A DNA stretch of 63,182 bases, filler included, from Octopus bimaculoides (GCF_001194135.2; 5 parts of 5 records of this genome joined end to end with filler, not necessarily neighbours in it), one strand, 5' to 3'; shown: positions 12,104 through 25,017, counted from the first letter of the whole stretch. Translations and numbers: made by a program. The notes: a model not told the origin generated them from the sequence alone.

Positions 12104-12809
12104 TAAGATAAACTAATTTTTTACTTGGTTGATCGGTTGTGAACTTGAAAATTTTCAACCTGTTTCTGATATTTACTTTGGAGAATAGGACCCATTTTGG
12201 CGGCAGTTCCACTTAAAATGTATGGTTCCGTGATTCTTTGTGATAAAATATTAAAAAAAAAAAAAAAAGATTACAGCTTATATTTGCCGGATATCTCAGA
12301 GCAGTTTTGGAGTGTAAAGCTTCTTTACTCAGCAAAATTTTCAAATAGCTTGCAAAAGCTAGGATTTTAAGTGTGAAAAGCTGCAGTTATAAAATCAAAA
12401 TTCAAGATAACAGGGCAAGCAAGATTCATTGATTTTTGTCATTTTGAGTATATTCCTTGTAAATATTTTCCTTTTCAATAACTGGCATAAAGTACCATAT
12501 GAGATTCTTCCGTTGCTACAAAATTATCTGTGCACATTTCTTTCTGACCAACAAACGAGTCGGTCTTGGACTGACGTATACATCAATCAATCATTATTAA
12601 ATAAATTTTCTTGTAGTTATCTCGATGAAGAACACTAGTGCTAAACCAATCTGGAATTTATGATATCCGTTAAGTTAGCTTAGAAAGCAAGCAAAAACTT
12701 TCTGGTACCATAAAACCAAACTGTCACGCGTGCATCATACAAATGTAATATTTGGGTTTATATTTATAAACTACTGAATCATATTTCTCATTAATATTCT
12801 TTTCTCCTC

Positions 12810-12992
12810 TAGGCACAAGGCCCGAAATTTTTGGAGAGTGGGCTAGTCGATTAGGTTGACCCCAGTGCGCAACTGGTACTTAAGCTACCGATCCCGAAAG
12901 ATGGCAAGAATTTGAACTCAGAACATAAAGACAGACGAAATACCGCTAAGCATTTCGCCCGGCGTGCTAACGATTCTGCCAGCTCGCCGCCT
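12810..12992 (-). mobile_element. SINE family B
   Basis: CTAACGATTCTGCCAGCTCGCC head in reverse orientation plus family-B body. Confidence 0.88.
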
Positions 12993-14139
12993 TGTTTCTC
13001 AGTAATATTATTTGCTTTATATGTCATAATTCGTATGCAATTATTTGTCAAATGTGTTCGTTGCCAAATAATTCTCAATTGAATTAGAAAGATTTTCGCC
13101 AGTTGTTAGTATAATAGACATTTATCCTAAAATGGATGTTTGTACTCTATGACGCTTCAAGGAAAATATTTCACACGCAAGAACATTAGTTTTGTGGTGA
13201 TTATATCAATTGATTCATCAATTAATAACGAGTGTTCTGACATTTCTGAATCACCAGCTAACTTTTCACACGAAACCAGAGAAATAACATTTTTTTATTA
13301 GACTCATTCATTTTGTTCGAGGTCACTTAAACATTTCGAGTACAGCATTTTATCATTAGCTACATTTGGTGATAAATTACTCGAAAACTGCAGAAACACG
13401 TTGATTGTACACAATATTAAATTTCAATTTTTTTTCCTTCTGAGTACTTTGGGTTTAACCTTCTTAAGATATGTTTAAAATTAGATTTGAGTTTGCACAA
13501 CTGTTAATATTCTATGTTTTACAGATTTTACATGATAAGCTAGAGTGAGTATACACCATTTTATTAGTACACATTTACAACATTTACATGTATTAATATT
13601 CTTTCATATAAGCCTGAACTAATCTCCCACAATGTTTTCTTTTATAATGCCTGCCATCATTGGTATCCCATTTCCCCATTACGTGGGGCTGTCAATAGGA
13701 TTACATAAAAAATTACAATAGGAGAACGATGCCATTATTACAACTAGCGAAATTCTTTTTAGCTAATTAAATCACACAACACACTGAACACCAATGGGAA
13801 AATGAAATAAACCAAACACAGTTTACCACATTCGGAATAAACCATTTAAAAAAGTTTATTCAGATATCTGAGACTGGCCATCATGTTCAATTATGCTTTC
13901 ATAATCATACGCCAAAAAATTTGTTCATATTTTATTTCCAGAGCTAATCACACAAAGCACAATTCATTATATTTTTAACTCAATTAGACTTCAAATTAAA
14001 GATACTGGCATGAATCCGCTATCAGAATATGACGAAAAGAAAAGAAAAAGTTATTTTCAAAAATATTAAGATATAAAATTTTCATACTTCCGTCTTTTAT
14101 TGTTTTTGTACGTTAATTTATTCTAAGTACTAAATCTGT

Positions 14140-14170
<31 letters not shown>

Positions 14171-15266
14171 GCACAGGTAAAGTGGCAGAATCGCTTGAGT
14201 TGAATAAAATGTTTTACGGTATTTGTTTTGGTCCTCTGAGTTCAAATCCTGTTCAATCCAACTTCACCTTTTATCCCTTCGGGGTCGATAAATAACATAC
14301 CACCCGTGCTTCTTCTCTGTTTTTCTTCATCGCGCTCACACACACACGTTCCTTCTCTCTCTCTCTTTTGAAAAAATCAGCTTTCATTGGACCTGACAAG
14401 AAATGGACTCAACCAGGATTAGATGCTGAAGAAGCGTTGTAGATCACTTAACTAGTGATGTTTTAAGGTAGGTCCGATGGGTGGTACAACAGCGGAGTCC
14501 AGGAAGCCTTTGGGCTCAATTTAATTTACTTTAATATCAATGGGTTCGGGACCCCCGCTTCTTTGGGTTCCGAAGTATATGTATCAATCTGTAAATAGAT
14601 ATATTATACATAACGAAAAAGCAATACTTTATTTCCAATTCATGTAACTTTTCTTCCATTAATTTCTGTTTTGAGTATATAAAGTATATTTCAAGAAACT
14701 TTATTTTTTTTATCATTTTGTAAAACAAAAGGCTATATACTAATTTAGTATAAATGTCTCCATCTGTGTAAAAAAAAAAAAAATAAAACAACTTTGATAA
14801 TTTCAAAAATAACCTATTAAGAGAGACATTATCGAAGAGGCATATTTTCTTTGTTTTCGTAAATAAACTGATCTAGCCTAACCTAAATTATCATAACCTA
14901 GCGTAAGCATGGATTTACGTTACATGACGAGACATTAGATTAGTTTATCGACGAAAATATACAAAATATTTATATCACAAATACATTTGCCTAAAATAAT
15001 CGCAGCGGAGCAGATAAAATTGTTTGTGTGTATGTGTGTGTTTGTATATCTGATATGCATGTATATGTATATAAACACACATATACTTNNNNNNNNNNNN
15101 NNNNNNNNNNNNNNNNNNNNNNNNNNNNNNNNNNNNNNNNNNNNNNNNNNNNNNNNNNNNNNNNNNNNNNNNNNNNNNNNNNNNNNNNNNNNNNNNNNNN
15201 NNNNNNNNNNNNNNNNNNNNNNNNNNNNNNNNNNNNNNNNNNNNNNNNNNNNNNNNNNNNNNNNNN

Positions 15267-15330
<64 letters not shown>

Positions 15331-15417
15331 GGGTGTATGTAAATATGTGTGCATGTGTAAGTATGTATGTATGTATGCATGCATGTATGTATGCATGCAT
15401 GTATGCATGTATGTATG

Positions 15418-15448
<31 letters not shown>

Positions 15449-15889
15449 TGTTTCTCTAGTTATAGCAATATCGGTACATGCTTATGTAAAACGGAAGAAT
15501 GACTGTTGACTTAAGAAGATCCTATTGTTTTCATTTGAAGCTAGAATATTACTTACGTCACTGAAAAAATCTGACCAATCAAGGCTTCACGTGGAACCGG
15601 TTCCAACAATAAATTTCATCTTTGGTGCGCTTCTCTGAGCCTAACCATCACTAAATGTTCAATGCACCTTATCCATTACAGGGAGACGGCAGACAAACAG
15701 TGAACAGACAGCAGACAGCCGTTAACCAACACAAAAGTAATGAACAGACGGCGGACGAGAGACACCAGAAGACAGTAACACGACCAGAAGTTGACTCCAA
15801 TGGACGATCGGCGGCAGCAACAAGAGGACCAGTTAACATGTTGACTGCAACTACAATCACAGCAATCTAAGAACAATAACATTGATTTC

Positions 15890-16079
15890 AAGTTTTGACA
15901 CAAGGCCAGCAATTTTAGGGAAGGTGGGTAAGTCGGTTACAGCGACCACTAGTACTCATTTTAGTGACCTCGAAAGGATAAAAAGCAAAGTCGACCTCGG
16001 CAGTATTTGCACTCAGAACGTAAAGACGAACGAAATACCGCTAAGCATTTTGCCCGGCGTGCAAACGATTCTGCCGACT
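15890..16079 (-). mobile_element. SINE family B
   Basis: AAAGTCGACCTCGGC...CTCAGAACGTAAAGACG...ACGATTCTGCC. Confidence 0.85.
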
Positions 16080-16422
16080 TGACATTTTCCCAAGAGCAAC
16101 GATATGCAAATTCTCTCGATGTTTTGTCGTTCGCAGTAACGAAAACATATTTTCTTTGTTTATGAAAAGAATAAATTTCTTTTAATCAAAAATCTCAACA
16201 AATATTATGAAGGAGAACAGATGTTCTTCGTAACACACGAATCTGTGGCATCAAGAATGAAGATTTGATCAAACTCTCTCTTCTGTTAGAACTGAAATTT
16301 TACTTTCTCACGGTATTTTAAATAAGAAAATACAACCAACAAATACGCAATACATTGTTTAGATACAAAATATTAAAATGGAAAAATGCATCAATTTCTC
16401 TCACATCATACTTATTAAACTG

Positions 16423-16475
16423 GCTTAACTGATGAAGCGACAGAAATTGCCGAAACTGCCGCGTCAGTATTAAGC
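16423..16475 (+). ncRNA. Type-I hammerhead ribozyme, copy 1
   Basis: Stem I GCTTAA/TTAAGC, CTGATGA (16429-16435), stem II GCGA/TTGC, GAAA (16452-16455), stem III ACTGCCGCGTCAGT, GUA cleavage triplet (A16469). Confidence 0.8.
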
Positions 16476-16882
16476 ATTCTCGATCAGCGCTTTTCAGACG
16501 ATTATGGTCCCTGTTAGTGTATATGTTTTCATTCATGTGCGTTATTTACAGCATTAGAGCATTTCAACTCTTATTTCTAGCAATATAGGTCTTTTCTAAC
16601 ACCCTAATCGCATTTATTGATGTATATGTTTTCAGTGATGAACGTTAATTACAGCTTTAGAACGCTTTAGCTCTTATTTCAAGCAACGTAGGTGTTTTCT
16701 AACACTCTAGTCGCATTTCATGACAGTTGTAATTCTCCTTTTTAGTGAAACATTGCAGCCTACTGTTCCTATTAATTTTATATATACACATTAGCGAATC
16801 GCTAAATCATCCAATCATTTGCATGATGGAAACATAAATACTAATGGCGATGCGAGCCCGGGCAGAGCTATAACTGAGCTGG

Positions 16883-16933
16883 TTTAATTGATGAGGCGAC
16901 AGGAATTACTGAAACTGACGCGTCAGTATTAAG
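16883..16933 (+). ncRNA. Type-I hammerhead ribozyme, copy 2 (C3>U)
   Basis: TTAA-TTGATGA-GGCGACAGGAATTACT-GAAA, perfect palindromic stem III ACTGACGCGTCAGT (16914-16927), A16928, then TTAAG. Confidence 0.7.
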
Positions 16934-17181
16934 AATTCTCGATCAGCACTTTTCGGACGATTATGTTAGTGTATATGTTTTCAGTGATGAACGTTAATTA
17001 CAGCTTTAGAACGCTTTAGCTCNNNNNNNNNNNNNNNNNNNNNNNNNNNNNNNNNNNNNNNNNNNNNNNNNNNNNNNNNNNNNNNNNNNNNNNNNNNNNN
17101 NNNNNNNNNNNNNNNNNNNNNNNNNNNNNNNNNNNNNNNNNNNNNNNNNNNNNNNNNNNNNNNNNNNNNNNNNNNNNNNNN

Positions 17182-17214
<33 letters not shown>

Positions 17215-17239
17215 AATCCAAACATGGACAAGCAAGAAA

Positions 17240-17420
17240 AAAAAACCGAAAAAATAACAACGCGAGGACGTTGAATAAGTACAGTGTTATTGGACGTTCA
17301 GGAAAGGAAAGAAAAGAAAGAGGATTTCACGTTTCGAGCGGAGCTCTTCATCAGAAATATAGAAAAAGTCAAAAGAAGGGAAGACGGAGAAAGAAAATCG
17401 CCAGAAAGTATGAGCAGAAT
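17240..17420 (-). mobile_element. Penelope-type terminal repeat fragment containing a hammerhead motif
   Basis: Minus strand ATTT-CTGATGA-A-GAGC-TCC-GCTC-GAAA-CGT-G-AAAT (17324-17358) followed by a pyrimidine-rich tail. Confidence 0.6.
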
Positions 17421-18949
17421 TTAGGTTAGTTGAAATATTTTTGTCGCATATTTCAACTGCTAAAGGCAAATACACTGCAGTTACCGTGGAGAAAAGTCTC
17501 TCTTACGATAAAAAGGTGTGTAAACACCCATTTCGTTCATATATATGGAGAAGGATTATTGCGAAGTGACATTAGCATTACCTTTAATTCCTTTTTTTAT
17601 ACATACACAACCCCAAATAGACCTACACATGTTTCTTCTGAATCGATTAGTAACCGTTGCAATTGCAACCTTACTATGATACTGGTGCAGTTTCATTAGG
17701 GTCTTCACTTTAATATCCTTTGATTTAACTGTTTAAAGTGTTATATTGATTTTCTTTGCGTTCTATGATGTAGATTGGTTAATCACTCGTTTATTCCTTA
17801 TAGTCAGTTATTTCAAAGCATTTCGTTGTTAAAATGTTTATAACTCATTTACATTGAGCAAAAGTAAATTTTCTCATATGAAAGCATCTTAAAGCTTGTT
17901 CTTGTCTAGAATTTATTATATTACCTTCAGATGTAAAAGTTTGATAAAATTATTCTATATATAGGTCACATTTATTAGATTCTGGTCTGTATGGTTTTTC
18001 AGTACTAATTAATTCTCAATTGATAGTATAGTCTTAGTTTCTGTCTTTTATAGACCAGATTAATCTACTCAGACTGGTCTGGAATTTTATACTTTTATCT
18101 CTAATGAAATTAAGTGATCAACCAGTCTTGTTTTGAAAATTAGTGCAGTCGAACCGATGTAAAAGTATTCGTTTTCCTCAGATGTAAGTTTACATTTATA
18201 TATTACATTTTTAGTTTTATGTTTATTATTCACATAACAGGATTCTCGTTTAGAACAGTTGCAGAGATAATTTTTTTTATATATTTCTCAGATTTAGCAA
18301 TAATTTGATAATTCATAGTTAAATCAAATTCATTTCTATTAAGTTTTTTATTACTGTTTACTTTTTCATATAACGTTATATTTGTTCTATTTCTACACAA
18401 TTTTTATTCAATTCTACGTTATTAATTTTATTAAATTTGGTTGTCTCCCTTTCCACGACTTTCAAATTCTTGGCGTTTTCTTCTATTGAGTTTTTTTTTA
18501 TTCCGCTTGACATTATTCTGAATATTTACTTTGCTACTCTGATAGCTTTTTTGAAATTTCGATATTATTTTTACATTGTGTTGCTATTATTTGGGTTATT
18601 ATTTGTGCTACTATTTGTCCATACGGATCTTATGTTTATTAAAAATCTATATCTATGATTTATAGGAAAATATCTTTCTATTGCTGTATTGAACAATTTA
18701 GAAAAATTATAATTTATTTGCTTACCACATGGAACAATTAACCACAAAGTATTTTTTGAGTTATAATTATGATTATAATTTTGATGTTTAACCAGTTTTT
18801 GAAGGGGTAAGTATTCTTCCATTTCGATCATTATTTAGGTTAGCGTTTATTTTATCTTTAAAATTTTTAGTTGTTTTTATATTAAAAGAATTTGCGTTTA
18901 ATGGCTTGACATTTCAACCTCGACAGTCAGGTAACAATTATAGTTCTCT

Positions 18950-20215
18950 TGCACAAAATGTCATTATGAACCCATAAATAAGGAGAAAACCTGGAATGCA
19001 TACCTCACGAAAGAATATGGTCATCAGAACTCTCAGCTTACGACAAGCATATTGCCCACAACGCCTTTGCAATGCTTGTCCTCACACCTACGTTTGGTGT
19101 TCTGAATTTTTTTATTACATCAACTCAATGAGATAGTTGTTCGAACTCGCAAGCTGTTCAGTGTTGCAGGAAACTTCAACAGCAATGGAAATGCAGACAG
19201 GCTATACTTCCCATGCAAGGATGGTGACTGTGGTCTCTAATTTGTATTGATACCACACGTATTGTAACATTGACACATCTTCAGCAGAGGAAAGAGACCA
19301 GTAACAATCTTACTCAGGTTTGTGACCATGAAATCAGCAACATTATTAGGATAACTAATGAACTTGAGGAGAGGTATGAAATAAGAGCTGATACAGATCA
19401 CTCCCCAAGAAGCATTGGCAAAATCTATTTATCAGAACAACTGAATGAAAAAGTGGACTAGGTCACTGAGAAGATAGTACATGAATATTTTGCACGTAAA
19501 ACACAAACTATAGAAGGGATCGATCATGTCAAAAGCTTGGCATGGAGTACTGACAAGTTAATGACACCCCACTTCCAAGGCTACATCCATGCAATTCTGG
19601 AACAAGAGATCCCCAGCAGGTACTTACTGAATAAAAGACAGACCAAGACTTAAGACATCAACCACATCGTTGCCAACTGTGAGAGAGTGTTTTCCAGATA
19701 TTATTTTCCCATGGGGCATGATTCAGTGACCAGAACAGTCTGGAACAAGATAATAAAAATGAAAACACCTACAAACGAAGTTGACTATATTGAGAGTGAT
19801 GGTTCAAAATAATATTGAGGGAAAAGTATTAGCAGAGCGAGGGTGACTTATATCAGTGAAGGCGAGAACAGTGGTGGAAACAACCACAGGTTAAATCACA
19901 ACGGGCAATATATTGTTGTGTGGGACCACAAGATAAAGATAGATTCTGTTGTGGAAATCAGCTGCTCTCTGGACACCAATGTGGTCAGAAAAATACAAGA
20001 GAATAAAGACATTTATGGACCATTGATAATGATTTTTCAAATCCAGTACTCAAGATACACTTTCAGCTTCATACCTATTATTATTGGGGCTACAGGATAC
20101 AGACCAAACCGTATGGTTGAACTTGGGTTCTTGGAGAGAACGTAAATACTTATTTCACACACTACAAATGATCAAGATATCCGAGGGCTATAAAAGTCTG
20201 CAAGACCTTAAGATC
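18950..20215 (+). mobile_element. R4/Dong-like non-LTR retrotransposon 3' fragment with restriction-like endonuclease, degenerate
   Basis: NAFAMLVLTPTFG..RTRKL..ADRLYFPCKDG..GL (cf. RLY.PR..GGRGL); IVVWDHK..VVEISCSLDTNV..K..KDIYGPL..IPIIIGATG (RLE domain). Confidence 0.8.
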
Positions 20216-20318
20216 TAAAAGCTGAGGAACAAAACACGATGCTTTCTTTAACAACCTTGCTACCAAGTAGGTGACCAGTCAGAATAAGCTCTAAATTCCA
20301 AAAGTGAAAGACAACATA

Positions 20319-20374
20319 CGCGCGCGCGCGCACACACACACGCACGCACGCACGCACACACGCACGCACGCACA

Positions 20375-20408
<34 letters not shown>

Positions 20409-20839
20409 NNNNNNNNNNNNNNNNNNNNNNNNNNNNNNNNNNNNNNNNNNNNNNNNNNNNNNNNNNNNNNNNNNNNNNNNNNNNNNNNNNNNNNNNNNNN
20501 NNNNNNNNNNNNNNNNNNNNNNNNNNNNNNNNNNNNNNNNNNNNNNNNNNNNNNNNNNNNNNNNNNNNNNNNNNNNNNNNNNNNNNNNNNNNNNNNNNNN
20601 NNNNNNNNNNNNNNNNNNNNNNNNNNNNNNNNNNNNNNNNNNNNNNNNNNNNNNNNNNNNNNNNNNNNNNNNNNNNNNNNNNNNNNNNNNNNNNNNNNNN
20701 NNNNNNNNNNNNNNNNNNNNNNNNNNNNNNNNNNNNNNNNNNNNNNNNNNNNNNNNNNNNNNNNNNNNNNNNNNNNNNNNNNNNNNNNNNNNNNNNNNNN
20801 NNNNNNNNNNNNNNATCATCATCATCGTCATCATCATCG

Positions 20840-20871
<32 letters not shown>

Positions 20872-20904
20872 GTCGTCATCATCATCATCATCATCACCAC
20901 CACC

Positions 20905-20963
<59 letters not shown>

Positions 20964-20985
20964 TCATCATCGTCGTCATCCTGAC
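20319..20985. repeat. (CG)/(CA)n and (ATC)n microsatellites around an N gap
   Basis: Direct reading. Confidence 0.95.
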
Positions 20986-22220
20986 ATACAGTTGTGTGCC
21001 AGAGTGAATGCGTCTCTATTTTTTGCTCGGCTGATCTGAGGGAGATAGATGAGAGAGCATCCCTTTTTTTCCCCACACTTCTGTTTAAGCTACTAAATAA
21101 AGATAATGATGTTAAATATGTCTGCTAGTGCTATTGCGTTTTTCATTTCCCCGTTCTACAAGAATTAAAAAAAAATGACTCAAATAATCAATCGCAATAT
21201 CAGCTGGTATGGTACATGTTGTTTTGTCTTCATTTATCTATTATCAGATTAGTTTAATTTGCACCACGAAATCCCTCAGGACCTCCCAGTAATTTATTTT
21301 CAATAACAGATTCTGATGCCACTTTTCAATTAGTCGCAGTCCACATTTCCTACAAACATATTTTCCCTATAGTGTCATGCTTTCGTTATAGCTTAGTTTT
21401 TTTTTTTTACTTTCTTGTAACATTCACAAATTCAGTTATTGTCACTTTTATAGATAGTTATATTTGGCCTACAACCAATACTTATATCATTTGTGTTTTG
21501 GCTATTTTCCTTTTAACTAAGTGTACTGTTTTGTTGTGGTTTCCGATGTTGCTTTCGTTGCTGCTGGTTGTGATGATGTCGTTGTTCTTGTTCACAAAGG
21601 CAGCTATCGTCTTTAGTGTAGACAAAAATGCTTCCTGGTAATTCCTCTGGCTTTTACGTTCTGAGATCAGATATCACCGAGATGAACTTTTCTTTCATCC
21701 CCCCCCCCCGAGATCGATAAAATAAAGTACCAGTCAAGTACGGAGCTAGATGGTAATGACCACTCTCCTTCCCCTCAAAGTTGCAGAATTTTTACCAAAA
21801 TCAGAAATCATTTTTATCATTGTTTATTGCTGTAACTGAACGTATTTTCGAAGTTTCGTAAATTCGTCTCTTGCTCTCCTTTTTAGAGGGTTATATTAGT
21901 TAATCCTATAGTCTTATCTTGATAAGTCGACCAGAGCTTTGAAGGACTGATTGGCCTTTTTTGTTACTCGACCTACGTGATAAAATTTTGAAAGAAAGAT
22001 GTTTTTAAAGTAATTTTCAAAATTGCTTCCGTACTTTCGTCTTTGCTTGTCGAGCAATAGCTGAGGAAATTGAGAGATAGTTTTCAAGGTGAAATTGTCG
22101 TTCGCAATCAACATCATCCCGCCACACAACACTACAGGCGCACTAATGACTTACAACATTATTAGCAGCAGCATCAGTAGCAACAAAAACAGTAACTATA
22201 ACAGCAGCGGCAGCAGCAGC

Positions 22221-22255
<35 letters not shown>

Positions 22256-23789
22256 AAGCTGCAGCAACAGCAGTGACGATGTGTCAAACAGAAGAGAGGC
22301 ATCAAGAAGAAAACCGTCTCTGTCACCCACAATTTCATCAGCGGGAGAAAAGAATTTATTGCTACCGCTTCAACCATTGTAGCTCCAAACTGTAGTAGTA
22401 GGAATGGAGCTACTACCATCTTACCAGTACTAGAAAATGACAGCAGCAGCAGTGGGAACACAGCTTAAAACAAAACAAAACATTTTCATTTGCCAGCATT
22501 ACAGAATCTTTTGATTTCGTCTCACTAAACAAAAAATCATTAATTCATGGAAGAAGCAGAGCGATACTTCAACACTGAATTTTCATTCGGAGACCTTGGC
22601 ACAGAACACTGATATCAATTTATTTGGAACGGAAAGGGATCAGAGCAAAAATTGCAAATATACCACCAGAACTAAATTTCTGATAGGTGGTTAAAATGCG
22701 TTGTGTTGGATTCTGCTAGAAATATAAGATTCCGAAACAGAAATTGGACCGGAATGGGTAATGACAATCCTATTTTAGGTGAAACCTGAGACACAAGACA
22801 ATTATCTCCGACGCAATAGAGATCACAAGCGAGAGCTTGTGTAGAGGGTAGAGGAAAGAAGAAGGCCTATGTGCCACAATTTTGGACACATCGATCACTT
22901 ATACTCCAGCAACAGCTACAGAAAGTGATAGTTGAAACAAGGTGCCCACAGTTGTGAACACCTGAATCTCAACAGTAGTAACAGCAGTAGCAATCACAAC
23001 ACCACCAACAAGAGTAGCACTAGCAACTATATGCACACACAGCAGTAGTGGTTGTAGCACCATCTGCAAGAATAGAAGAAGCACATGCAGCAACAACAAC
23101 AGTGGAAGTGTCAGTAATAAAACAAGAAAGAAGTACCGTCAGCAAGAGTTACCCTTCACCAGCAACAGGAAGAACAATAACGAGAGAAAGCCCCAAAGCG
23201 ATAATGAAAAGAACTACAACAGAGCAAAACAATGAATTACTCCCAAGACATTCTGCTCTCCATTTCATGTCACTCAAAAACATGTGGCGAAGATGATGAG
23301 GAAAATTCGAAATAGCAAAATGTGCCCAAGGGAAAGATGTAAAAAAACGTTATACCAACAGAAAAACCAACAGAAAAGCTGGATGGTTCGGACAAATGGA
23401 GGAAATGCATTAACACTATCAATACCATCATCATTATCACCAGCACCTCAGACATCAGCAGCATTACAAGCACAAGCATAACCTAATTCAATCCCACACC
23501 AAAAGCAAGAATACTACCCACAGTACGAAAAGTAATTCACTAACTACATAGCTATAGAAAAAAAAAAAAAAATTAATGATTTCCATACACCATCATAATG
23601 GAANNNNNNNNNNATCATAATGGAAAAAAAACAAACAAAAAACAAAAAAAACAGACGATTTTACGAAGACATATTTGTAGAAATATCCACAAGCCGTAAT
23701 CACAGTGCTGTCTTTTCATTCGAATAAAGTAGATGGTCCTTCTCCATTTCCTCCCATTTTCTAACATAGCCTTATTCGCATTAGGAATG

Positions 23790-24230
23790 TAAAATATACA
23801 TGGCTTGGGATTGCTTTGAAAGCAGAGTCACCTATTCAACGACCTCAAGTCACTAGAAATAGATTTGGTGACCAAAACGAGGCAAGAATGTCCGAGGCAA
23901 GAGTATTTTCGGTCTTTGCTGGCTACGAGGAATAGACCTCGCTAAGTCAATTGGGATCCGGAAGGAAGTAGAGTCGCTGTGCTATTTAAGAAAGTTCTAG
24001 ACGTAACGATACAGACCATCTTATTGGAACCAGAATAGAAGCTGGTGGTACTGGACGCGACCAACAGCAAAGCCTATACCTTTAGACAAGTAGCCATCTA
24101 TGCCCCGATAAAAACGGGTCAGCCAAATTTCTTCCGACCTCTAGATATCTCCCTGGGAAAGTGCCGCTAGTCAGTTCTAGTGGGGGATAGGCACATCATC
24201 CTCACTGTACACTTAGAGTGTGTGGGGTTA
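23790..24230 (+). mobile_element. Tx1/L1-like APE endonuclease fragment, degenerate
   Basis: VAVLFKK, LVVLDAT, VAIYAP, FFRPL, VLVGD motifs in order. Confidence 0.55.
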
Positions 24231-24619
24231 GCTGATAAGAGAATGGTGAAGAATCATTAGAGTGCCGGACAAAATGCCTCGCAGTATTTTTCAGAAACTT
24301 TAGAGATCTAAGTTTGACCACAATTAAATTTGCTGGCCTTGTGCCTAGATTATGAACAATGGCTGCTATTGTAACTTTTAATGTTTCTTTTTTTCATTAA
24401 AAAAACCTCATAAAACTACAAAAAGTTTTTGACTCCCGGCCATGAGGACCTTTGACAATGAATATTTCGTCCTTTATTTTGTAGAATTAAGAATCAGGTG
24501 AAATAAAAAAAAAGACAAAACAAAACCAAACAAAACAAAACTGAATAAATAAATGTAAATGAATTACGAAAAGTTAGAATTTAGTGGCAAATGTTCAAAA
24601 AACAAAATGATTTCAAACA

Positions 24620-24656
<37 letters not shown>

Positions 24657-24701
24657 GTGTGAATGTATACACACACACAGAGACACACACAGTCACTTTT
24701 T

Positions 24702-24917
24702 TTATTCTTTTACTTGTTTCAGTCATTTGACTGCAGCCATGGTGGAGCACCGCCTTGAAGTATTTTAGTCGAACAAATCGACCCCAGGACATAATTATTT
24801 AAAACAGAATACTTATTCTATCCGCTAAATTAGGGGACTTAAACACAAAAACACCGGTAGTCAAGCGGTGATTGGGAGGAGGGACAAACACAGACAACAC
24901 ACACACACACACACACA
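24702..24917 (-). mobile_element. SINE family A 3' half, ending at an assembly break
   Basis: TTACTTGTTTCAGTCATTTGACTGC..GAGCACCGCC..GACCCCAGGAC, then (CA)n into the gap. Confidence 0.85.
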
Positions 24918-25017
24918 NNNNNNNNNNNNNNNNNNNNNNNNNNNNNNNNNNNNNNNNNNNNTTAATTAATTAANNNNNNNNNNNNNNNNNNNNNNNNNNN
25001 NNNNNNNNNNNNNNNNN
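24918..25017. other. Artificial scaffold linker (44 N + TTAATTAATTAA + 44 N)
   Basis: Identical 100-bp construct at four positions; the 12-mer has stop codons in all six frames. Confidence 0.92.

Larger units (their letters stand above)
16419..17022 (+). mobile_element. Putative non-LTR retrozyme: tandem hammerhead-containing repeat, 459-bp period
   Basis: 16419-16520 is repeated at about 16878-16975; both copies carry an HHR; the second unit runs into an N gap. Confidence 0.75.

Noticed and set aside
15655-15870. 71-aa ORF in a CpG-richer patch
   Set aside because: No recognisable domain or splice context; probably an unclassified repeat.
23592-23625. ATCATAATGGAA duplicated on both sides of a 10-N gap
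   Set aside because: Typical unmerged contig overlap artefact.
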